From: Meyerozyma guilliermondii
Taxonomy: Eukaryota
DNA: 64,000 bases
Reading direction: 5' to 3'
NCBI GenBank assembly: GCA_051546255.1
Contig: CP128821.1
Location: 434,001-498,000 of the forward strand
The position numbers were made by a program, and so were the translations under genes. This document shows positions 55,144-64,000 of this stretch, piece by piece. Every line of letters begins with the position of its first letter. Position 1 is the stretch's first letter. The notes below the pieces were generated by a model that saw nothing but the letters and a program-made list of their open reading frames with translations, ran no database searches and was not told the DNA's origin.

Positions 55144-56298
55144 TCACGACTGATGAGGCATCATTGTCTCAAATGCATAACTGGCAAAGTTATTGGGTAA
55201 CGAGCTGAACCTCGGCGGATTCGGATTGGAAAGATTGACATTTACGCTTGCTGGATTTGGAACCGAAATTGACTGCGACGCCGAAGGTGCAGATTGCATG
55301 CCGTTATCGTAATGGAACTGTGACGATCCCAATTCGGAGTTGTGGGCAAATGGAGACACATGATTGGTAGCATTAACTGCAGAAGAAAGCGGCGAGAGTT
55401 TTTCCTGGTGAGGAGCCAGCACCAGGACTTCCAGATTGAACCCGAATTGCTGAAATTGCGGCACCATCAACGGCATCCCGGCCATGCCTGCACCACCGGG
55501 GTTGGCTGTGTATGCCGGCATAGGAGCCATGAAGTTGGTATAGTGTTGATTTTGGTTTTGAGTTTGGTTTTGGGGCTGGTGTTGGTTTGGAGGCTGTTGG
55601 GGTGGTTGGTTTTGCTGAAGATACTGCTGCTGCTGCTGCTGTTGTTGTTGTTGTTGCTGCATCATTTGCATTTGCTGCGGCAAAACGTAGCCGTACAGTG
55701 CATCAGGAATAGGTGCATACTGCTGAATCAGCTGTAATTGTTGGTGCTTTGCAGCCTTCTGGCGGCACGCAGGACAACTTCCCTTTTTGCCATTGCGTCT
55801 TGGGGTGTACCAGTATCCCGGAAATCTCTTTGCATGGTTTGCCTTCTCCTCTTCCGCCAACCGGTTCCAATGCTCTTTTTCCTGCGGAGGTAAACTTCGC
55901 CACCGGCGACCCAACTCTCGTGAAACTTCCGGATTGGTTTTCACCTGCAGATCCTCATCCAAAACAGCCTGATGGTACTTCTGACGAAACAAAATAAACG
56001 CATTTCGTGGCCTTGGAATCCGATTATGATTACTCTTACAGGTGCATTTGTCAATCGATGGCGATGCCGAAGTGATCGCATAATGTGAACCAACCGAAGT
56101 GGGGGCGCCACTAGCTCCACTGAAACTGGACGCTGGTGTGGTCCTAGTACTAGAATGTTGCGACGTTGGTTGAGAAAACACCTCTGGAGATGCTAACGAC
56201 GATTGAACTGGTTCATACATGTCTGACTGGGGTAAGTGCATAAGTTGATTTAATGGAGGGAGCGGTTTTGCATCTTCGTAATATACGGCACTACTCAT
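55144..56298 (-). CDS. RFG1: HMG-box repressor Rfg1/Rox1
   Basis: IPRPRNAFILFRQKYHQ...EVSRELGRRWRSL...HAKRFPGY.Y.PRR; polyQ tract. Confidence 0.85.
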   Translation of the reverse strand: MSSAVYYEDAKPLPPLNQLMHLPQSDMYEPVQSSLASPEVFSQPTSQHSSTRTTPASSFSGASGAPTSVGSHYAITSASPSIDKCTCKSNHNRIPRPRNAFILFRQKYHQAVLDEDLQVKTNPEVSRELGRRWRSLPPQEKEHWNRLAEEEKANHAKRFPGYWYTPRRNGKKGSCPACRQKAAKHQQLQLIQQYAPIPDALYGYVLPQQMQMMQQQQQQQQQQQQYLQQNQPPQQPPNQHQPQNQTQNQNQHYTNFMAPMPAYTANPGGAGMAGMPLMVPQFQQFGFNLEVLVLAPHQEKLSPLSSAVNATNHVSPFAHNSELGSSQFHYDNGMQSAPSASQSISVPNPASVNVNLSNPNPPRFSSLPNNFASYAFETMMPHQS

Positions 56299-57785
56299 AA
56301 TCCAAGAACCGATAAAACTAAGAAAACGTTGCAGGCGACATCACGATTATATAGTTATCGGTATACAAGCCACACCGGCGGTTTGGGGGAAACCCTACGC
56401 CGGATCTTACAGCATGCACCTTACTCTTGGTTATGCACCCTTGGGCAGTGCGGCTTTGGAGTGTGTGCGCGCGGGCCCCCATCGATGCGGCTAGTCGGCA
56501 TTTACTAAGTTACATGACGCATTAAAAAATTTTATGAAAAAAAGGTTTTTAACCCTCGGAATTGAGATATATACAGGTACGATTACCCAATTGGGAAGGC
56601 ACTGGATCAGGTACGGACGAAAAATTTCTTCACAACCGGTAACCATGCATAGATCTGACGCACAATGCGGGCTTCATCAAAAGGGGTTAAAAACGGATCC
56701 CACCGTTGATTTCCCGCTGTGCGTAAAATGATAGCCACCAATGATGTTTGATTTGTCGGCAATACGGTTATTGGTTTGTTGGCCGTTCGTAACGAGACGA
56801 TCGCCAATGCTTGACTTGGCTCAACTTGTCCATAATTATTTAGTTTTATGCATGTGGAGGTGATACGGTCTGTGATGGGATGGTGTTATGGGCCCGCGGC
56901 CCGCCGATACCTCAACGATGTTGTCACCCCCACGCGAGAAAATGCAGTCATTTTTAAGCGGACCAAAACGTTACATTAGTGTGCGTGGTGCGTCTTGACT
57001 GTCGTGGGCAGCTTTGGTATACTTTGCAAGTTGTTAGGTCGCATGCAAGGCAACAAGATATTTTTTAACCGGTCCAGAGTCGTCGGAATTAAGATACAAT
57101 ATTATTTAGCAGTAACGCGAAGTCGACGAAGGGACAACGTTTGTAACCAGACTCGGCTAGTTTAGTTTATTTCTCCATTAGGATCCCATGACGCATCATC
57201 GATATGCGCACCTTCCTAAACTCTTGACATGTATCCACGGATGCGTAGATGCAGCGGTTGTGCACCGTACCTGATTTGGGGCAAAACGTCCAGATTGTAT
57301 TGCGGTGTTTTTTCCGGAACCGGTCATGGTTGCAATAACGTGCATCATAGTGATGCGTCAAAAATGTACCTGGGTCTTCATGCAGGCGCCAAAGAGATTG
57401 CGCTCGTTTTCGCTGACCGCGGGGCTCGTAATCAGGTGCCCGTCACCAATTGAGGTTCTTATTGTATAGCAGCAAGCCAACAAGACGAAGTTCGTCTAAC
57501 TCGCCTTTGTTTGCCCATTTTTTATCATGCATGCGTAATATGCGGGACTTTACATGCATATCATACACCACGCGTCATCAACGTGTGCTGGTTATCGTAG
57601 TCGCCTTTATGCATCTCCTTTTGGGAGTGTCTCTTCTCTCCGGAGTCAACTGTACGCGGTCCGAACCTCGTTGCGCCGCTACCTTTTTGGTTATCCTCTT
57701 GGTTGTCGCTATCACCAACTGCACATCCAATACACCACGCACACTCAAAACTGTCAATTATTTCGCGAATATGCAGTGAAATCTA

Positions 57786-58520
57786 ATGTCCTCGTTCCCA
57801 TATCCTACTGCTGTTTCTAGGGACGATTTTGCTCCGACGGAAGAAGAGTTTAATGCTGATGCTTTTTTGTACACCCACCATCGATATGCGTCGTTGGATT
57901 CTCTTTTAAAGGACTTGAAACGACTTTCTGACAGTCTCAATGATGAACTTTTAAATCTTGTAAATGTCAATTACGCCGAATTTATCCGTTTAGGGAAGCT
58001 GATAGACGGCGGGTTGGACGTGGTTAACAGTATCCAGGTGGAAGTGAAGCGGTTTTCGAAACAACTTCATGCTACAAATGCAAATTTGACATCCTGTTCA
58101 CAAACAGTCAAAGACCTTATCGGTGCTCGCAAACGTCTTTTGTCGTTGAAAACAAGCATTAAACTTTGTTCTGTGCTCAATGACCATGTAACAAACTTCC
58201 AGACCCTCTTGAACCTCGATATGGATACTGCCAACGATGAAAGTCTTCTTCAACATTTGAAAAATTTGACTTCACTTTATCTTTCATTTAGTCATTTATT
58301 TGGAGTGGTTCTGGAAACTCATGGGGATGTTGTATTTGTTAACAAGATTTTGCGGGACAAGATCATGTCGTGTAAATTTGAGTTCAATGCTTATTTAGAC
58401 GAGGTGTCGCAGAATAAGCTCCGAGACCGGACCAAATCCTCAGAAATTATTCTTGAACTTCTTAATATTTACAAGATTACGGGTCGAGAGTCTAGCATGA
58501 CCAAGTTGGCGAAGCGGTGA
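57786..58520 (+). CDS. COG2: Conserved oligomeric Golgi complex subunit 2
   Basis: F.ADAFL...HRYASLDSL..DL...L..ELLNLVN.NYAEFI.LG N-terminal COG2 motif. Confidence 0.85.
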   Translation: MSSFPYPTAVSRDDFAPTEEEFNADAFLYTHHRYASLDSLLKDLKRLSDSLNDELLNLVNVNYAEFIRLGKLIDGGLDVVNSIQVEVKRFSKQLHATNANLTSCSQTVKDLIGARKRLLSLKTSIKLCSVLNDHVTNFQTLLNLDMDTANDESLLQHLKNLTSLYLSFSHLFGVVLETHGDVVFVNKILRDKIMSCKFEFNAYLDEVSQNKLRDRTKSSEIILELLNIYKITGRESSMTKLAKR

Positions 58521-58549
58521 TATAAATGGAGTCTTGGAAAAACGATGCA

Positions 58550-59058
58550 CCATTGTTCAATACGAACGGCTCGCCCAGCAAAATGAGAAAAAGTGAAGAA
58601 AAAGCGAAGAAAAAATGAAACGAAAATGGACTATATTGTCAAACAGGTCTATCAGATATGATTGTTCGGCAGTAGGACCATTAACTTGACTATTGATTGA
58701 TACTAAGAGTCTTTGACCAGCCAAATGTCAGCATATTGTCCCCCTTTTTATGGCCCTTGGCTATTGTTCCTATGAAGTTTTGGCTATTATGATACCCAAA
58801 AGATCACTCAAAGGGAGATAATATGTCATTTGATCTCTTGGCTACCATTGTTTCATTTCTAGCAAGATATCCGAATGACCAATGAAAGTGGAGATAGAAA
58901 TCAGTGAACGAGCACAATCTGTTTCTCATGGCTACCATTGTTCGGGGACCAATCAGAGAGTTTGAAACTCAAAGGAGATTTCTCCAAAGTCAGCAAAGCG
59001 TATTGTTGTACTCAGGAAGACAGAAATCGCCATTACTTTCATGTCTAGACTTTTGTTC
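58550..59058 (+). promoter_or_regulatory. Array of HMG-box-type ATTGT(T/C) sites
   Basis: Eight ATTGTY cores on one strand in about 460 bp, plus a TTTGTTC variant. Confidence 0.5.
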
Positions 59059-60024
59059 GGCGATAGTGAATGAGTATTAAAAATCACTATGTCCAATTAC
59101 CATGAAGTTTAAAGTTATCATTAATCCAAGTTGACCAGGAGAAAGAAAAACAGAAACTAAAAGTATCACGTTATTACCTCTTGGTTTGAAGTTTTTCAGA
59201 GTGAAATCGAGTCCTGGTAAAAGTAGCAGTTGATTTGTCCGGACCGGACCAAGATACGATTGAGGAATACTTTGTCTAAAGTTTCCTTTGTGTCCATTGA
59301 GCACTGACTAGTCGAACCACATGTCTGTCAACAGAAAATTTCGAGTCTTTGTCTTCAACCAATCAATACAATATGAAAGTCCAAATCTATTGAATCGTTT
59401 ATGATTCTTCAGCATGCAGTTGGTGCCGATTCTGTAAGAGACTTCTAGATTGTGTCTTAATTGGCAAAAAAAGAGTAAACAGTGACCATTTCCTTTTTTG
59501 TCGAATCCATCTTTTGCTTTGTTATTCAAGAGTCTGTTAGAATGGTAAAAAGAGCCGAAGAGAACTTGCATCCACAATTCCTATCTTCCATTGTTTGAAA
59601 AGAATGACACCTGCCCATTATGGACTGCCGTACAAAACCATATATAGATACGAACCGGCAAAAATAGACCAAATCATAAATAGCTACAATGAAATAATGG
59701 CATAATAGAGAGCAAAGATAGAGCAATTACAGCCATACCCAAAGTTTGGAGATTGACCAAATTGTCGATACCCCTTAACGTCGCCTAACCCCTGAACTGT
59801 AAGGGCTGTTTCCCCTTTCATTGTAACAATGGGCATCGTATATCGAACCTGTTTAGTCGAGCCAGTACACCAGTCTTCAAGTTGAACTGAGTACGGTGCT
59901 GAGTGGTGCACCAGTGCACCAGTGCACTGGTCCAGTCTGTTCCCACATTTACGCTGCGACCCCACCCTGCGTACATTCCTGCACCAACCACGACACGCCA
60001 ATTCGCTCTCTCTTCTTCATCATC

Positions 60025-60552
60025 ATGGTGTTGGGCGATATCTCTATAGGAAGACACCAATGGGAAAACCAGGACAAAAACCCATTGCCTCTGGATATTC
60101 CAGACGTGGATGAAGTGGGCGCTACTTCGGCACCTCTTCTTTCCGCTTCGTATTTTATCGGCGCAAAATGCAAGCCTTTTAATGATGATTTTATGATGTG
60201 TAAGGATGAAAATAATGGTGGAACTGTGGAGTGTTTGAAAGAGGGCCGCCGGGTCACGCGCTGTGCCATCTCTGTGTTGAAAGATATAAATAAATACTGT
60301 TTTGATGAGTTCAAATTGCATTATGACTGTTTGGAACAAGAAAATCACCGGTTGGGTCATTGCCGAAGCTCGGAAGCTCTTCTTAACAAGTGTGTGTTCC
60401 AGAACTTGAAACTCGAGAAAAAGATCCCCGGAGTCGAAAAACAAATCTTTTTGAACGAAAATCCAATTTTTCAAGGCACTTCCAAAGACAAGGCCAATGT
60501 GGCCGAGTTTGTCCGTGCACGCGAGCAGAAGAACACTGCTGATAACGCATAG
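60025..60552 (+). CDS. Complex I accessory subunit NDUFA8 (20.8 kDa, CX9C)
   Basis: EVGATSAPLLSASYFIG.KC..FNDDFM.CK, CLKEGRRVTRCA; ATG at 60025. Confidence 0.92.
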   Translation: MVLGDISIGRHQWENQDKNPLPLDIPDVDEVGATSAPLLSASYFIGAKCKPFNDDFMMCKDENNGGTVECLKEGRRVTRCAISVLKDINKYCFDEFKLHYDCLEQENHRLGHCRSSEALLNKCVFQNLKLEKKIPGVEKQIFLNENPIFQGTSKDKANVAEFVRAREQKNTADNA

Positions 60553-60862
60553 ATAGAGCTGCGAGGCAGCTGTGCATCGAGGTGATAGACGCCAGCTGAG
60601 CCTGGAATACACTTCTTCTGAAATGATGTAGCGGTCCATACGCTTGACCTTTCTTAAAGTTCATTATTCATAAGAGATGAGATCCTCGGTCTCCTTATCC
60701 CTTGCTCTTGCTACCTATAGCTCTTAGTTCTACTTATGGCTCTCACTCTCTACTTCAGCTCTTTCTAATTCTTAGCTCTTCTATCTGTTCCTCTATCTCT
60801 ACCTCTCGTTCGCACCCAGCCACCACCGCACAAAACTGCGCGCCGATTCTGTTTTCACATCG

Positions 60863-62602
60863 ATGTTTAGCCAACCTTCCAGCGGATCTCCTTTTGGATC
60901 CACCGCAGCTGGAACCACGAATCCGCCACAATCGGGCACGTCGCAGCCCGGGTTTTCATTTGGAAACAACACAAACCGCGCGGCTAGCTTTCTGTTTGGT
61001 TCGCAGCCGGCTCAAAACTCGGGCTTTGGTCAAAATAATTCAACAAATCAGCCGTCTCTTTTTGGCTCTAGCGCTGCTGGAGGAGCCAACCAGACCCAAC
61101 CACAGTCTGCTGGCGGCTTGTTTGGTCAAAACAATCAAAATGCTCAAAATAAACCAGCTTCTGGGGGTCTTTTTGGCCAGACCAATAACCAAAATAACAC
61201 CGCTTCAGGTGGACTTCTCGGCCAAAACAACACTCAATCGTCCGGAGGTCTCTTTGGCCAAAACAACAACAACACCCAATCTTCTGGAGGTCTCTTTGGC
61301 CAAAACAACAACAACACTCAAACTTCTGGAGGACTTTTCGGTCTGAATAACACCCAAAATACTCAGAAAAATCAATCAGGTGGCCTTTTTGGACAGAATA
61401 ATAACCAAAATAACCAAAATAATCAGTCTGGTGGTCTTTTTGGATCCAACACAACTAACTCCAATACCAGTACCTTTGGCAAACCTGCCGGTACTTCTAC
61501 ACAGGGAGGTCTCTTTGGCGGACTGGGAACAACATCCACAAACAACACTCTGGGCGCTTTATTTGGTGGATCTAACACGAATACTCTGGGAGGTTTATTT
61601 GGAAATAATTCTAATAATACCGCTACTTCGGGGCTTTTCAGTCAAGGAAACAACACGAACAATTCCCTTTTCAACCAAAATAATAACAGCCTGCTTTTCG
61701 GCCAGAATAATCAAACACAAACCAACACCACCGGTCCTTCAAACAACTCGCAACCATCATTTGGATGGAACAGCCAGAAACCTGCTGCTCCCGCCGTCAA
61801 AAGTATTATGCAAGTGTCTCGAAATGAGCCAGCAAAGAACAACTACACCCCAGCTATCAGCGATCAATTACTAAAAATTAAAGAGCAATGGGATCCGCTG
61901 TCTCCCAAGTTAGCATTAAAGACTCATTTTTACAACAAAGTGAGCGATAATGAGATTTCTGCTGTGCTCAATCAGCCTCGTCCTCAGAACGAAACTCCCG
62001 AGGATTGGGATGCGGCCATGTTGAATCGTCCGTCTGCCTCGTATTATCCCGTCAAGGTGACATCTTATTCGGATGTGGCTCAAAGAGTAGAAGTGCAACT
62101 CGATCACGTTGCCAAATCACGAGTTGTCTTGAACGAGATTTTGCAAAAACAATCGGCGCTTTCGTCCAAGCATGACTTAGACAACACCACACGCATACTA
62201 AGAGCCAAAACGAAGCACGCCAAACTCCTGCGGAGACTCTTGCGATTGGCAACGATTTTAGCGGTGCTCAAACTCAAAGGATACCCACTTTTGCCTGAAG
62301 AAGAGGAACTTTCAAAGCAGTTTGATTTGTTGAACGGAATGATTTCTGATCCCAACTCACCTTTGGGCAGGCTCAACGATATCTTTGCTCGCGTCACCAT
62401 TCTCAAAGAACGATCCGAGGAACTCAACCGTCAATTCGACACCACTGTGAGGAGCATGAGCAGCAAAGACGAAGACGAAGTGAACAATGAAGAAATCATC
62501 AAGAAGGTGTCGCAATTGTTGCTCAAGCAGCAAGTGGGCTTGAACCACTTGAACAAGGTCATAGCGGAAGATACAGAGAAAGTGGACAAGCTCAAGCAGT
62601 AA
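60863..62602 (+). CDS. NUP57: GLFG nucleoporin Nup57
   Basis: Many GGLFG repeats, then KIKEQWDP, FYNKV, ETPEDWD.AM, KGYPL.PEEEEL Nup54-type domain. Confidence 0.9.
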   Translation: MFSQPSSGSPFGSTAAGTTNPPQSGTSQPGFSFGNNTNRAASFLFGSQPAQNSGFGQNNSTNQPSLFGSSAAGGANQTQPQSAGGLFGQNNQNAQNKPASGGLFGQTNNQNNTASGGLLGQNNTQSSGGLFGQNNNNTQSSGGLFGQNNNNTQTSGGLFGLNNTQNTQKNQSGGLFGQNNNQNNQNNQSGGLFGSNTTNSNTSTFGKPAGTSTQGGLFGGLGTTSTNNTLGALFGGSNTNTLGGLFGNNSNNTATSGLFSQGNNTNNSLFNQNNNSLLFGQNNQTQTNTTGPSNNSQPSFGWNSQKPAAPAVKSIMQVSRNEPAKNNYTPAISDQLLKIKEQWDPLSPKLALKTHFYNKVSDNEISAVLNQPRPQNETPEDWDAAMLNRPSASYYPVKVTSYSDVAQRVEVQLDHVAKSRVVLNEILQKQSALSSKHDLDNTTRILRAKTKHAKLLRRLLRLATILAVLKLKGYPLLPEEEELSKQFDLLNGMISDPNSPLGRLNDIFARVTILKERSEELNRQFDTTVRSMSSKDEDEVNNEEIIKKVSQLLLKQQVGLNHLNKVIAEDTEKVDKLKQ

Positions 62603-62676
62603 AAATGAAGCAGAAAATGAAGCAGGGAAAATCAAGCAACGATCATTCTTGACTTCTTCTTTCTTGACTTATATAC

Positions 62677-63339
62677 TTAGATCGTTAATTGACGCACGGC
62701 ATCTGAACCCACGTCAATTGCAAATTGTAGTTTATGAAACTTTTCAAAGTTGTGTCTTATGCTTTCTTTGAAAGTTTCACAGGTTTTTGGGTCGATTTTT
62801 TTTTCTCCGGCTGATATAATGCAAAATGGTTGTTCAACGGACGAATCCGAGACGGAAAAATTGTTGAATTGCGACTGGTTTCGTATTAATTGATACTTGT
62901 ATGGAAGGGCTTCGGCACCTTTCAAGTAACCAGCAAGATTCTGGATGTAACTATGTCGAGGAATGGCACATATAGAATGTAATTTGTTGCAAATTTGCAG
63001 TTGTTGAAACTGAAGAACCTCGGTATATTGCGAGTCTGTAGAAGGCACACTTACAAACTCTTCTGGCAAGAATACTTTATTTATATCATCGTAAGGATTT
63101 AAGTGGGTAACACCGCTACTGAAAATCACCTTTAATTGAGTTCCGTATGGGTTTCCCATCGAACCTTTTGAGAAACGAAAGTACTCAATTGGAGCGACTT
63201 TTTGAAGATTATCGTAGATGAACTTGACCTCATGCTCATTCACTGGACAGGGATGGGCTGACACTCGCGCTGCTATATGGTAGTGGAAGTAGTTGTTGGC
63301 ATATTTTCTGAGAGACGCTTCTGCTGCATGGAACCTCAT
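62677..63339 (-). CDS. Hypothetical protein (220 aa)
   Basis: ATG-initiated ORF filling the gap with no overlap; no recognised motif. Confidence 0.65.
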   Translation of the reverse strand: MRFHAAEASLRKYANNYFHYHIAARVSAHPCPVNEHEVKFIYDNLQKVAPIEYFRFSKGSMGNPYGTQLKVIFSSGVTHLNPYDDINKVFLPEEFVSVPSTDSQYTEVLQFQQLQICNKLHSICAIPRHSYIQNLAGYLKGAEALPYKYQLIRNQSQFNNFSVSDSSVEQPFCIISAGEKKIDPKTCETFKESIRHNFEKFHKLQFAIDVGSDAVRQLTI

Positions 63340-63396
63340 TTAATGTGCGTTTAAGCTCATCTCGCGCGCAAACAGTGCATAACATCTGCAGTCGCG

Positions 63397-64000
63397 ATGC
63401 AACATTCGATGCAACATTCTTCGATGCTTTTACCCCAGATTCACGAGCGACTAAAGCACGGCCTCAACCGGCCCATTAACGACACATTCACAAAGACCTT
63501 GGTCCGCAAGTACTTTGACAACAACAAAAAGGAAGATTTTTTGGTCTATGCCAAGGCCTTGGGAGTCCCCGACTCGTTGGCTCTCGATACCTATTCAATG
63601 ATAAATGAAAACGCCAGCTCTTTGGATGAGGAATTGAGCCACGAGCCAAAGGTGAAGAGCCACAAGAAGACAAAAAACAAGCTTGATTTGGGATTGGAAC
63701 AATCTGATGAACAAGTACTGGTTCCTCTTAAGCGCGAGAATCAACTATTGGATCTTTTGGAAGAAGAACAAAAACCAAAAAACCAAAGCATGAAATTCAA
63801 AAAAATCAAGAAACAAGACGCAATTCGATTGCGTGGATCGCCAAAAGAGCTTCCTGGCTTACAAGAAACCGAAAGCACCAAAAATCTGAATGGCCCAGTC
63901 AATCGCAAACCACAAACGATAGCAGAAATGGCAGCTTTGGAAAGTAATACCCAACCACAAGAACCAGAAACCAACCTGAAGGACTACGAGCTGTCTGACG
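63397..64000 (+). CDS. Partial ORF running off the right edge; N-terminus loosely reminiscent of DEAH splicing helicase Prp16
   Basis: MQHSMQHSSMLLPQIHERLKHGLNRPINDTFTKTLVRKY...MKFKKIKKQDA..., open for 201 codons; no helicase motif within the window. Confidence 0.6.
   Translation, partial: MQHSMQHSSMLLPQIHERLKHGLNRPINDTFTKTLVRKYFDNNKKEDFLVYAKALGVPDSLALDTYSMINENASSLDEELSHEPKVKSHKKTKNKLDLGLEQSDEQVLVPLKRENQLLDLLEEEQKPKNQSMKFKKIKKQDAIRLRGSPKELPGLQETESTKNLNGPVNRKPQTIAEMAALESNTQPQEPETNLKDYELSD

Noticed and set aside
59077..59577. Two in-frame minus ORFs separated by one TAG (readthrough or pseudogene)
   Set aside because: No recognisable protein features; compatible with chance
58520..59900. Possible a-factor (CAAX) micro-ORF next to the CATTGT sites
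   Set aside because: The short ORFs I translated here and at 53-54.2 kb gave no pheromone-like peptide ending in a convincing CAAX; no clear Mcm1 site
59818..60639. 273-aa minus ORF
   Set aside because: Antisense to NDUFA8 with no recognisable motifs

Overview
Gene-dense 64 kb of a budding-yeast nuclear chromosome. CTG codons sit at conserved Ser positions (e.g. in Vps4) and a complex I subunit is present, so the organism is a CUG-Ser (Candida/Meyerozyma/Debaryomyces-type) yeast. The window holds about 43 protein genes (including ORC4, GCD11, LEU3, RPS5, VPS4, SMX3, GAB1, QCR2, RPO26, MLC2, ARP1, FUR1, LSM7, ALF1, PGA2, RRP9, RPC31, INN1, MRPL20, NDC80, DRE2, RFG1/ROX1, COG2, NUP57) and one tRNA-Arg(UCU). 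The ORF track splits two spliced genes (SMX3, LSM7) and misses two edge-truncated ORFs. Points of most interest: (1) a tandem duplication of an orphan membrane-protein gene between QCR2 and RPO26, with a readable breakpoint; (2) a GC-rich, hairpin-dense candidate structured RNA at about 54.25-54.61 kb; (3) LEU3 lying next to three transporters whose promoters carry Leu3-type CCG-N4-CGG sites; (4) a dense ATTGT(T/C) HMG-box site array near RFG1/ROX1; (5) a TACTGACAG repeat array within about 970 ATG-free bases upstream of a Whi5/Nrm1-like gene; (6) a frameshifted MCH-type transporter. All calls come from reading the sequence and recalling family motifs; no database searches were run.
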